Below are positions 45,911 to 54,916 of a stretch of DNA of 64,000 nt, in pieces; positions within the stretch are counted from its first letter, which is position 1, and each line of letters opens with the position of its first letter. Made by a program: the position numbers and the translations under genes. The notes below the pieces were generated by a model. That model saw only the letters and a list, made by a program, of their open reading frames with translations, made no database searches and was not told the DNA's origin. This DNA comes from Bacteroidaceae bacterium (GTDB lineage Bacteria; Bacteroidota; Bacteroidia; Bacteroidales; Marinilabiliaceae): positions 4,486 through 68,485 of the forward strand of contig CAVETY010000007.1 in assembly GCA_963618945.1 (NCBI GenBank), in the 5' to 3' direction.

Positions 45911-46711
45911 TTAAAGAGCTATATCGATTGAGCCCTCAAAGACTTTCTTGGCAGGTCCGGACAGACACACATCAGAGAAAGTCCCGTCATCGTTACGGGA
46001 GAAAGAGACCATCAATCCCCCACCCTTTGCATCAACTTTGAAATTTTGCGACCCGGTGACAAAAGAAGAAGCTATTGAAGCCGCCGTGATGCCAGTTCCA
46101 CAGGCAAGGGTCTCAGCCTCAACACCGCGCTCATATGTCCTAATGGCTATGTGGTCGTCAGAAACGACATGTACAAAATTGACATTTACTCCATTTGGCT
46201 TGTATGCCTCCGAATAACGGATAGATGGAGCGACCTTCATAATGTCAAGATTCTCCAAGTCATCGACAAACTTCACGTAATGAGGGACTCCCGTATTCAA
46301 AACAAAAGCGCCATCAGGTTCTTTTGTTACAGACTTTACAGGTATCATTTGCAGGTCAACCCAGTCCGCCGTCTCAGAAACAGTTGCCTTATGCTCACCA
46401 TCGTCTGCAATAAAAGAGAACTCGGAGCCTGCGCACACAACACCACGGAACACAGCAAATGCGCAGATGCACCTGGCACCATTGCCACAAAAAGACGCAC
46501 GGCTGCCGTCTTGATTGTAATACTCCATTCGGAAATCGAATGGCGCATCAGACTTTGAAAGAAGCAAAAGCCCGTCAGCCCCAACGCCGAAACGGCGGTC
46601 GCAAAGATAAGCCACATGCTCGGGCGTAAGCCTGTCGAAAGCACCAGACATATTATCAAGGACGACAAAATCATTGCCCGCGCCCTGATATTTGAAGAAA
46701 TTAATCTGCAT
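45911..46711 (-). CDS. dapF: Diaminopimelate epimerase
   Basis: FFKYQGAGNDF, with catalytic Cys contexts FCGNGARC and LACGTGITA. Confidence 0.93.
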   Translation of the reverse strand: MQINFFKYQGAGNDFVVLDNMSGAFDRLTPEHVAYLCDRRFGVGADGLLLLSKSDAPFDFRMEYYNQDGSRASFCGNGARCICAFAVFRGVVCAGSEFSFIADDGEHKATVSETADWVDLQMIPVKSVTKEPDGAFVLNTGVPHYVKFVDDLENLDIMKVAPSIRYSEAYKPNGVNVNFVHVVSDDHIAIRTYERGVEAETLACGTGITAASIASSFVTGSQNFKVDAKGGGLMVSFSRNDDGTFSDVCLSGPAKKVFEGSIDIAL

Positions 46712-46712
46712 T

Positions 46713-47423
46713 TCAGTCTAAAGAATGATCGATGAGGAGAGAGTTCTCACACTCAAGCGTGCGAGCCGGGAATTTACCAATGACATTATGGTTATGCGTG
46801 GCCATAATGATAGACTTTCCTGTCGAACTAATCTGAAGGAGCAGCTTCATAAGCTCATCCGTAGTGTCAGGATCAAGGTTGCCAGTAGGCTCGTCAGCAA
46901 GAATAAGATCCGGGCTATTGAGCAGTGCGCGGGCTATGGCAACTCGCTGCTGCTCACCGCCCGACAGCTGATGAGGCCTCTTGTAGCCTTTATTAATCAT
47001 GTCAACCTGGGCAAGGACTTCGCGAATTCTCTTATCAATCTCGACCCTCTTCTTCCACCCCGTAGCGCGCAAGACGAACTCCAGATTGTCATAGACAGCG
47101 CGGTCGGATAAAAGTTGAAAATCTTGAAACACAATGCCCATTCGCCTTCTGAGGAAAGGCACATCAGAATTCCTTATGCCATTCAAATCATATCCAGCCA
47201 CATGGCCAACCTTGCCCTCAAATGGCAACTCAGCATAGAGAGTTTTCAGAAGGCTCGACTTGCCGCTGCCGACACGCCCAATGACATACACGAACTCACC
47301 AGCTTTTACTTGCATATTGACATCACGGAGGACAATATTATCCTCCTGCATGACGGTTGCGCCTATCAGCTCAACGATATTCCCGTTTTCATTGACAACG
47401 GGCTTGTCTGTTTTGGTTGACAT
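46713..47423 (-). CDS. ftsE: Cell division ATP-binding protein FtsE (ABC ATPase)
   Basis: Walker [10 protein letters not shown], signature LSGGEQQR and Walker [13 protein letters not shown]. Length and layout are FtsE-like. No ftsX gene is adjacent. Confidence 0.75.
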   Translation of the reverse strand: MSTKTDKPVVNENGNIVELIGATVMQEDNIVLRDVNMQVKAGEFVYVIGRVGSGKSSLLKTLYAELPFEGKVGHVAGYDLNGIRNSDVPFLRRRMGIVFQDFQLLSDRAVYDNLEFVLRATGWKKRVEIDKRIREVLAQVDMINKGYKRPHQLSGGEQQRVAIARALLNSPDLILADEPTGNLDPDTTDELMKLLLQISSTGKSIIMATHNHNVIGKFPARTLECENSLLIDHSLD

Positions 47424-47431
47424 GAGATAAC

Positions 47432-48496
47432 CTATCTATATATCTTATTCTGGTTAAGCATCTTGTGATAATTCGCCGCATTTCGTTGATGCCCGGCGAG
47501 CGTACGAGAAAAATCGTGCTTACCACTTCCGTCGGGACGTGCGCACATGTAAAGATATTCGGACGCCGTAGGATTAAGCACGTCATCAATGACGCTTTTG
47601 GACGTTATGCGGATGGGGCCGGGGGGAAGCCCGAGGTTGACGTAAGTGTTATATGGTGACTCAATGCGAGTATCGGCGGTCGTAATGCGCCTAAGGGTAA
47701 AGTCGCCGAGCGCATATTTCACTGTCGGACACGCCTGCATTGGCATGCCTATACGCAAACGGTTGAGGTACAACCCGGCAATTATCCTCCTGTCATCGTC
47801 ACGATTACTCTCCTCCTCAACAATGGAAGCGAGAGTCACGACCTGAAGTTGCGACAAACCGATAGAGTCCGCTTTCGCTTTTCTCTCCTTTGTCCAAAAA
47901 CGATTATACTCATCACTCATGCGCTCCACCCAGGCTTCGGGTGAAACATTCCACCAAAGCTCATAAGTGTCAGGCAAATAGAGGACGGAAGCATGCTCCT
48001 CATCAAGTTCCAAACCTCTCAAAGTGGCGGAGTCCGTCATAGCCGCCAATAAATCAGCAGAATCGGCCTCTATGCTCTTAGAGACGACACCTGCCAACTG
48101 CTCAAGAGAACGAACATTATTAAACGTCACTCTGACAGGCGACTGGCATCCGCTCCGCAAAATGCCGACAAGACCACGTGCGGAGAGGTCACTCGTCAAC
48201 TTATAACGACCAGACTTCACATTGTCACGGTAGCCCATGATCGTAGACATGACGCAAAAAGCCTCCTCATCGGCCAAACGGCCATCGGCAGACAAGAGCG
48301 TCACGACATCAGTGAAATCGGAACCTGTCGGAATATAAAGATACTCGGCCTGACCTTTCGGAATATTCAGGATAGAGTTAAAGCAATAGCGACGGACTGA
48401 AAAATAGGCTACTACGAGCAGCGCGGCGACAACAATGGCTGCCACTAACAATATCCGCTTTGGCTTTATCGGAGAACTGGATTTCTTTATCGCCAT
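47432..48496 (-). CDS. mltG: Endolytic murein transglycosylase MltG (YceG-like)
   Basis: N-terminal TM anchor and a YceG domain (LASIVEEES, PTVKYALGD, NTYVNLGLPPGPI). Confidence 0.9.
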   Translation of the reverse strand: MAIKKSSSPIKPKRILLVAAIVVAALLVVAYFSVRRYCFNSILNIPKGQAEYLYIPTGSDFTDVVTLLSADGRLADEEAFCVMSTIMGYRDNVKSGRYKLTSDLSARGLVGILRSGCQSPVRVTFNNVRSLEQLAGVVSKSIEADSADLLAAMTDSATLRGLELDEEHASVLYLPDTYELWWNVSPEAWVERMSDEYNRFWTKERKAKADSIGLSQLQVVTLASIVEEESNRDDDRRIIAGLYLNRLRIGMPMQACPTVKYALGDFTLRRITTADTRIESPYNTYVNLGLPPGPIRITSKSVIDDVLNPTASEYLYMCARPDGSGKHDFSRTLAGHQRNAANYHKMLNQNKIYR

Positions 48497-48502
48497 AAGA
48501 GA

Positions 48503-48961
48503 CTAAAAATGCTTTTGCGCCCTATCCATATCACGCCTTGCGTCTTTCTCCTTAAGAGTCTCCCTCTTGTCGTATTCCTTTTTACCACGAGCCAAGCCTA
48601 TCTCAAGCTTAGCAAAACCGCGGTCGCTCAAGAAGAGCGCAATAGGTACAATCGTCAAGCCGCTCTCTTTTGTCTTGCGCTCCCATTTGTTCAACTCCTT
48701 CCTTTTCAAAAGGAGCTTCCGCTCTCGTTCGGGCGCATGATTATTAAACGTTCCATAGAAGTACTCGGAAATCCTCATACCCTTCACCCACAACTCGCCT
48801 TTATTGAAATAGCAGTACGAATCGGGAAGAGACGCATGTCCGCCGCGGATAGACTTAATCTCCGTTCCATATAGCTGGATGCCGGCCACGAGGCGTTCCA
48901 AAATTTCATAGTCGAACGTTGCTCGCTTGTTCTTTATATAGATCTTTTCTTGTTTAGCCAT
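48503..48961 (-). CDS. smpB: SsrA-binding protein
   Basis: [29 protein letters not shown] ... [14 protein letters not shown]. Confidence 0.96.
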   Translation of the reverse strand: MAKQEKIYIKNKRATFDYEILERLVAGIQLYGTEIKSIRGGHASLPDSYCYFNKGELWVKGMRISEYFYGTFNNHAPERERKLLLKRKELNKWERKTKESGLTIVPIALFLSDRGFAKLEIGLARGKKEYDKRETLKEKDARRDMDRAQKHF

Positions 48962-48995
48962 TACTATTAGTAATCAAGACTGCGGTCGCCGAGCC

Positions 48996-50402
48996 TTATT
49001 CTATACCATTTTTGTCGCTCTCCTCAACAAGTTCCTTGAGGCGCTCAATTTGGCTCTGCTTGTTGACCTCTCGCAGACTCTGCGCTGTCTTTGTATAATA
49101 CTGATGATTAGAGATGAACTTGATTTGAACTTTATTCCATTGATTGATAGTCATGTTAGACCCGCCACGCTCTACAATCTCCTTGTATAACAAATTGGAG
49201 ACCGGTATGAAATCAGCGCGTCCGAGATAATCGAGGTCGGCATCCTGAATAACCGCCTCAAGGATATCGGTCGGCGTATGCGGAAGCTGGGTAGCCATGA
49301 TAATCCTCTTAATCGTGGAAATCTTATCTTGCGAGTAGCCATAGGAGGGCAATATCTCGTCAACATACTGGCAGCTCACATTCTCATGCCCCTTGTCACA
49401 CTGTATCTGCCCTGTGTCATGGAACAAACCAGCCACCTTTAGCAGAAGGATGTCACTCTCCTTGAGCCCCTCGGCCCAGCCAATGAGCTCGACCTCGGTT
49501 GTGACATCTATCGTGTGCTTGACATTGTGATAATAGAGAGACTTCGGTAATTGCTGCTCAAGCATGTCAAGCATATACTCCTGAATATCCATGAATTGGA
49601 CACGCGAATAGCACAAATCGAAAGCGTCACTCCATTTCTTCGCGGCATCGGTATTGATAAGCTCAGGCCTTAGATTGAGGAGTTTAAACACCTTCATCTC
49701 GCTGCCATACCTTACAGGGATTTTTGAGCACTCAGTGACCTCGAAAAACTCCTTGATTAGCTCGCTCGTCATAGGCGAGATGAAGACGCCACCTGGTTCG
49801 GCAAGAAGAGCGAGGCGCGTGACAATAAGCACATTGTTACCAGAGAGTGTGTATGGCAACTTGCGCTTCCCTGAATACCTGCCAATAACAGGACCGGTGT
49901 GTATACCGACTTGAATATCCCAGATTACCCTTTGAGACTTTTTGAATTTTGCGACCCACTCGATAATCTCAGTAGCCGCAGCCGCCGCGTCTATCGGGTT
50001 AGTTTTATTCTCACGCTCTATGCCTCCGCACAGCAGCATGTTGTCTCCAACTGTCGGAATCTTTGCCAACCCATACTTCTCCGCGATGTCAGAGATGGTG
50101 ATGAAAAGCTCATCGAGCAGGTCTAATTGCTTTGGTGCGTCAGGGGCTACAGCCAAATCCTTAAACCCTCTGACAACAATGAAAACCATTGACGCCATCT
50201 TGAAATGGCGCACACCCTGCTTGCCCTTTTGCGACTCGTCATCAAGACCGAACTCACGCAACAATTGCTTATACTGCTCATCACGTGAATTCAAAGACTC
50301 ATACTGACCAAGAAGTTCCTCAAGCTGTTTATCCAACTGCCTGTTCCTCTTGACGAGCTCGCGAAGTCTTGTAAGTTTCTCTTCTTCCTTGCTATCAGCC
50401 AT
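48996..50402 (-). CDS. Coiled-coil / degenerate class III nucleotidyl-cyclase-like domain / HD phosphohydrolase domain fusion protein
   Basis: The cyclase-homology core is MVFIVVRGF, PTVGDNML, GIHTGPVIG and GNNVLIVTR. The HD domain has YHNVKHTIDV, LFHDTG and IQDADLDYLG. Confidence 0.7.
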   Translation of the reverse strand: MADSKEEEKLTRLRELVKRNRQLDKQLEELLGQYESLNSRDEQYKQLLREFGLDDESQKGKQGVRHFKMASMVFIVVRGFKDLAVAPDAPKQLDLLDELFITISDIAEKYGLAKIPTVGDNMLLCGGIERENKTNPIDAAAAATEIIEWVAKFKKSQRVIWDIQVGIHTGPVIGRYSGKRKLPYTLSGNNVLIVTRLALLAEPGGVFISPMTSELIKEFFEVTECSKIPVRYGSEMKVFKLLNLRPELINTDAAKKWSDAFDLCYSRVQFMDIQEYMLDMLEQQLPKSLYYHNVKHTIDVTTEVELIGWAEGLKESDILLLKVAGLFHDTGQIQCDKGHENVSCQYVDEILPSYGYSQDKISTIKRIIMATQLPHTPTDILEAVIQDADLDYLGRADFIPVSNLLYKEIVERGGSNMTINQWNKVQIKFISNHQYYTKTAQSLREVNKQSQIERLKELVEESDKNGIE

Positions 50403-50514
50403 TATTGTCTGATTTATGGATCAATAGGAATGGTATTGCAGACTTTGCAACAACACCACAACGCCGACGCCTGCTTTCAAAAGACCCGACACGGCGGCAA
50501 GGGATAAAAGTAAC

Positions 50515-50546
50515 AAAAAGCCGCCGGATTACAAGCATCCGACGGC
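50515..50546 (-). terminator. Rho-independent terminator after rpoZ
   Basis: The minus strand reads gccgtcggat-gcttgta-atccggcggc followed by TTTTT. Confidence 0.65.
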
Positions 50547-50583
50547 CAAATTATTTTCCAGTCCCCAAATTGGGAGGAATGTA

Positions 50584-50967
50584 TTACTTCTCAGGCTGAG
50601 ACTCAGAGGCTGAATCAGCTCCGTCTTTTTGAGCACGATTAGCGAGCTCCTCGGGGCGACGATAGTAGAGCTTGTCATCGCAATACTCCTGGGTGGCGAT
50701 GCTTACAGGCTTGGGAAGACGCTCGTAGAAACGAGAAATCTCAATCTGCTCACGATTCTCGAAGACCTCCTCAAGGCTGTCGGTGTAGGAAGCGAACTCC
50801 TGCAACTTCTTGGAGAGCTCGTCCTTAATGTCAATGCTGATCTGGTTTGCCCTCTTGGCAATCACGTTCACCATCTCGTAAACATTACCGGTCTTCTCTG
50901 CCATCTTGACGGTGTCGCGGGTGACAGTATTGAGAGGAGCATTACTTTTCTTGAAATCTGCTGGCAT
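50584..50967 (-). CDS. rpoZ: DNA-directed RNA polymerase subunit omega (Bacteroidota type)
   Basis: TGNVYEMVNVIAKRANQISIDIK ... EEVFENREQIEISRFYERLPKP, located upstream of bamD as usual in Bacteroidota. Start at ATG 50965-50967. Confidence 0.75.
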   Translation of the reverse strand: MPADFKKSNAPLNTVTRDTVKMAEKTGNVYEMVNVIAKRANQISIDIKDELSKKLQEFASYTDSLEEVFENREQIEISRFYERLPKPVSIATQEYCDDKLYYRRPEELANRAQKDGADSASESQPEK

Positions 50968-51024
50968 GACAGTAAAAATTAAATTGGATATCGTTAGCAC
51001 CCAAGTTGTACGGGTGTGAAAGTT

Positions 51025-51942
51025 CTAATCTTGGAAATCTTGAGCTGACTTACGGTTTCTCTGTCCGTAGTTCTTGTAGTAGTCCATATCGTCCTGCGAT
51101 GGGGGGAGAAGCTTCTCAGCCTCTGTCAAGCCCTTTTGCGAACGAGAGAGAATCTTATCGGCGTCTGACCTGTATTTGCTCACAGGATACTCGTTGACGA
51201 ATGAGTAATACTCATCGATTGCATCACGATAACGATCGGCCTGCTTTGCCAAGACGCTACGATCAGCCTGGATATACTTAGCACGAAGGATCAAAAAGCC
51301 GAGTTCCTCACGATGAACGTTATCAGGGTATTTCTTCAAGCAATTTTGAGCCGTAATGACTGCACTTTGGTAGTTATTGCCCATATAATTACCGAGGTCA
51401 AAGTAGAGCTTGGCGTTAAGATAGGCCTTATAGGCCAACTTATCCTCCATCTCTGATATCATGCGCTCGGCCTCCGGCACATTAGGGCTGTCCGGGAAAA
51501 GATTGACAAAGAGGGAAAGCTCATCAATCGCACTCTGGCTATCGGACTGGTCAAGTTCAGCCTTGGGGGACAACTTATAGTAGCAATATCCAGCCATATA
51601 CTGACACTCCTCACATTTGGCAGAAGAGGGGTAAGTCTTGACGTAGTCACTAAAATAGTGCGCTGCCGTATAGTAGTCGTTGAGTTTGACGAGAGCGTTC
51701 GAGTAGGTGATGACTATCGTGTCATACTGCGACGTGCCGGCATATTGCGTAAGGATGCCTCCAAGGAGGTTTGCGGCTTTATCGTAATCACCCTTGGCAT
51801 AATACTCCATGCCTTTGCGAAGCCACAACTCATTATCCTGAGACTTAAGGATTGCCTGATACTCACCGCAAGATACGGCAACAGCCCCTAATGCGAAAAG
51901 GCACAAGGGCTTCATATATTTTTTTAATATGGCTTTCAGCAT
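51025..51942 (-). CDS. bamD: Outer membrane protein assembly factor BamD (TPR lipoprotein)
   Basis: Lipoprotein signal MKPLCLFALGAVAVSCGE followed by TPR helices. The start is ATG 51942, or alternatively ATG 51915. Confidence 0.8.
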   Translation of the reverse strand: MLKAILKKYMKPLCLFALGAVAVSCGEYQAILKSQDNELWLRKGMEYYAKGDYDKAANLLGGILTQYAGTSQYDTIVITYSNALVKLNDYYTAAHYFSDYVKTYPSSAKCEECQYMAGYCYYKLSPKAELDQSDSQSAIDELSLFVNLFPDSPNVPEAERMISEMEDKLAYKAYLNAKLYFDLGNYMGNNYQSAVITAQNCLKKYPDNVHREELGFLILRAKYIQADRSVLAKQADRYRDAIDEYYSFVNEYPVSKYRSDADKILSRSQKGLTEAEKLLPPSQDDMDYYKNYGQRNRKSAQDFQD

Positions 51943-52059
51943 TACGAAAGGAATGGATTCAGACAACGTCGTAGCGACACTCTGCAAATCGAGACGCAAA
52001 TTTAGAAAATTAGTCTCAACATAACTAAGATTTCGTCATCAAATTGCCCCTACAAATAG

Positions 52060-53361
52060 TTAATGTAACTTAATGACGTCATTCCAATCCGTCGTATAAC
52101 GGGGACTGATATGGTCACGCCTCAGATTCATGAGAAATAACTCACTCGCCCCGTTATCCGCTTCTGATGATTTCGACGCCTGCGACGCAAGATGTATCAT
52201 ATTACTTCCCTCCGTTTTGTTAACCTCGTCCACGACACGAGAAATCCTCATCATTTTTTCTTGCCTTTGGGGATCTGAGTAGAATAGAGACTGCTGGACA
52301 GCTCGATCCGGCAAGATGCCACTTAAAATGACCCCAGCCTTCTTGTAAGCCACATTTGGCCTGAATACGGACTTCAAAGCGGCTTCGGCAGCCTTGACAA
52401 TCTCAATCTGGCTTGACGCGGCCACGGGCATTACAATGTTGCTTATATTGGAGTACTGTTTCAAATCCTCACGAAACGCATTGGAGGTGACGTATACACT
52501 CACAATATTCGCCACAGACTTTTGGTTTCGCAACTTGGCGGCGCACATCGACGCGAAATTCGCCACAATGGAGCGCAATTCCTCAATCGATGTCACCATT
52601 GTGGAAAAGGAACGCGAAGTACAAATACTTTTGCGTGACTCATCATTAGACGAGATGCCAATGCTGTCATCACCTCTCAACTCGTGCCACATCCTAAGTC
52701 CATTCACACCCAACAAACGCCTGATTTGCGCCTCTGAAGCGTCACATAAATCGGCCGCGGTATAAAGCCCGGACTTATTCAATTTTTTCAGCGAGTTCCG
52801 TCCCACGCCCCAAACATCCTCAAGCTTGATCAGGGCCGCAGCCCTTCTGCGCTTATCGTCATCATCTATGGCGCAAAATCCGTTATATCCTTTGTACTTC
52901 TTTGCGAAACGGCAAGCAAGCTTAGCCAATGTTTTTGTCGGAGCGAGACCGACACTCACAGGGATGCCAGTCCATTGCCTAACCCGTTGAGGCAACTCGG
53001 CGCATCGCCTTTTAATGTCGGAAACGTCATCGCCATCGGCCAAGAAAAAACACTCATCAATCGAATAGGGCATTGTATCTCCGAAAGCGTCGCTCAGAAT
53101 ACTCATGACGCGCTTTGAGAGATCGGCATAAAGCGTGTAATTTGAAGAGAAGGCAGTCACCTCACCCATCGGATCATATTCCCCTAAGCGAAAATATGGC
53201 ACCCCCATTGGCACACCCATGGCTTTCGCCTCGTTGCTGCGCGACACGACACAACCGTCATTATTGGAAAGCACAACAACCGGTTTATCTTCGAGTTCTG
53301 GGCGGAAAACGCGCTCGCATGACACGAAGAAATTATTACAATCCATTAAACCGTAAAGCAT
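52060..53361 (-). CDS. Y-family DNA polymerase (UmuC/DinB-like translesion polymerase)
   Basis: MDCNNFFVSCERVFRPELEDKPVVVLSNNDG and YSIDECFL-like PYSIDECFF. No umuD-like gene is adjacent. Confidence 0.85.
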   Translation of the reverse strand: MLYGLMDCNNFFVSCERVFRPELEDKPVVVLSNNDGCVVSRSNEAKAMGVPMGVPYFRLGEYDPMGEVTAFSSNYTLYADLSKRVMSILSDAFGDTMPYSIDECFFLADGDDVSDIKRRCAELPQRVRQWTGIPVSVGLAPTKTLAKLACRFAKKYKGYNGFCAIDDDDKRRRAAALIKLEDVWGVGRNSLKKLNKSGLYTAADLCDASEAQIRRLLGVNGLRMWHELRGDDSIGISSNDESRKSICTSRSFSTMVTSIEELRSIVANFASMCAAKLRNQKSVANIVSVYVTSNAFREDLKQYSNISNIVMPVAASSQIEIVKAAEAALKSVFRPNVAYKKAGVILSGILPDRAVQQSLFYSDPQRQEKMMRISRVVDEVNKTEGSNMIHLASQASKSSEADNGASELFLMNLRRDHISPRYTTDWNDVIKLH

Positions 53362-53450
53362 AGGTGATCACCTAAGGGATAAGAAGGAGACAGCCATACC
53401 CGCAGTAAAGATAAGCAGGTATGGCTGTCATAAATATCAAGTCGTGTAAA

Positions 53451-54356
53451 TCAAAAAACTATCTTGTAGCCATCATAAACAGCCGTCACATCTGGGAATA
53501 CGGCTCTTGCCTCATCCTCAAAGGCGTCCGTGTTGTCATACCGACTTGAGAAATGCCCCAAAATCAGTTTCCCGGCATTTGCACTCTTGGCTATTTGAGC
53601 AGCTTGAAGCGCAGTAGAATGTAAAGTCTTTGCCGCCAATTCAGAAAGATCGGACAAAAAAGTAGACTCGTGATAAAGAAGCGAGACATTCCGAACCTCA
53701 TCCGCCACAGAGGGAAGATAGGCCGTATCAGATATGTAAGCGTAGCTTCGGGGCTCTGGGGTTTCCTTTACCAGTTCGTCTCGTGGTATCAAATCTCCGT
53801 TTATATCATAAAGGGGCTTGCCGTTCTTTACGGATACAATATCCGCAATGGACAACCCATATTTGTATATAGCAGCCTTCTTTATATTTGGCTCCTTAGG
53901 CAGCTCCCTGAAAAAGAAACCACATGTATCAATCCTGTGCCTGAGAGGGATGGACTTCACATAAGCGCAGTGCATGCCTTGCAGGACCTCAGGCTTGTCA
54001 AAACGGAGTTTATGAAAATTAATCGTGAAAGAGAGATTGTCGCAGTAGGTCTCAATCAAAGGCCGCAAAATAACCTCAAGTGATTCCGGCGCATAGATGG
54101 AAAGGGGTGAAGACCTGTTAAAAAGCGACATTGTGGAGAGGAGGCCAATCAAGCCAAAGACATGATCTCCGTGATTATGAGAGATAAAGACAGCCTCAAG
54201 CCTCATGAAATTAATATGAAGCTTTCGCAACTGAAACTGGGTTCCCTCACCGCAATCAATTAGGAAGAGATGCCCTCCTACAGATAGCACCTGCGCAGAC
54301 GGGTAACGCGACGAAGTAGGCACTGCCGCGTTACAGCCAAGGACAGTCAATTCCAT
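53451..54356 (-). CDS. rnz: Ribonuclease Z
   Basis: Metallo-beta-lactamase motif ISHNHGDH with an RNase Z-like length and layout. Confidence 0.88.
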   Translation of the reverse strand: MELTVLGCNAAVPTSSRYPSAQVLSVGGHLFLIDCGEGTQFQLRKLHINFMRLEAVFISHNHGDHVFGLIGLLSTMSLFNRSSPLSIYAPESLEVILRPLIETYCDNLSFTINFHKLRFDKPEVLQGMHCAYVKSIPLRHRIDTCGFFFRELPKEPNIKKAAIYKYGLSIADIVSVKNGKPLYDINGDLIPRDELVKETPEPRSYAYISDTAYLPSVADEVRNVSLLYHESTFLSDLSELAAKTLHSTALQAAQIAKSANAGKLILGHFSSRYDNTDAFEDEARAVFPDVTAVYDGYKIVF

Positions 54357-54376
54357 TATAATTACTTGAATAGTGA

Positions 54377-54727
54377 TTAAAGTGACATCTGGCTCTTGAT
54401 ACGAGCCTCCGCTTCGGGGAGAGTAGCCTCAATTACGAGTTCGGGATCGAACCTTTGAATAGAAAGCATTTTCTCAACCTCGTCAGATACACAAGAAAGG
54501 ACAAGGAAGCCATCCTTGCACAATCGGTGGGCAATAAGGATTGCACTGAGACCAGAAGTGTCACAATAATGACACGGACTCAGATCAAGAACCATATTTT
54601 TGACGTCATTTCCAGCCAACAAGACCAGCTCTGAGCGCAATTCCGCCGTCGTCTGAGTATCCAAGCGATCAGACAACATGCGAATAACAGAGTAGCCCTC
54701 CTTATTCTCGGAAACAAAACTTTCCAT
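54377..54727 (-). CDS. STAS-domain protein (anti-sigma-factor-antagonist-like)
   Basis: About 116 aa with a DLSPCHYCDTSGLSAIL STAS core. Start at ATG 54725-54727 (the track start is TTG). Confidence 0.65.
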   Translation of the reverse strand: MESFVSENKEGYSVIRMLSDRLDTQTTAELRSELVLLAGNDVKNMVLDLSPCHYCDTSGLSAILIAHRLCKDGFLVLSCVSDEVEKMLSIQRFDPELVIEATLPEAEARIKSQMSL

Positions 54728-54830
54728 AGATAGTGCGAATCTCAAAAGTGGGTTTAACCTAAATTACACGTTTCACATTTTGTGTATACGGCAAATAGGT
54801 GAATATGTGTCAAAAAAGGATGAATTGGAT

Positions 54831-54868
54831 AAAAAAACTCTATGTGAGGACAAAATCCCCACATAGAG
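54831..54868 (-). terminator. Rho-independent terminator after rpsA
   Basis: 9-bp stem ctctatgtg / cacatagag, followed on the minus strand by TTTTTTT. Confidence 0.7.
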
Positions 54869-54916
54869 TAATTGTATTAGAGAGTCTTAAACGACTGTAC
54901 TATCAAACCTGACAGA

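Noticed and set aside
52060-53361. UmuC-like Y-family polymerase without umuD, considered as an SOS mutagenesis cassette or mobile-element cargo
   Set aside because: Its composition matches the neighbours, and there are no integrase, repeats or LexA/UmuD-like gene nearby. A stand-alone Y-family polymerase is common.
54377-54727. Orphan STAS-domain gene, considered as part of a partner-switching module
   Set aside because: No anti-sigma kinase, PP2C phosphatase or sigma factor gene is adjacent, since the neighbours are rnz and rpsA. It is annotated but not treated as a system.
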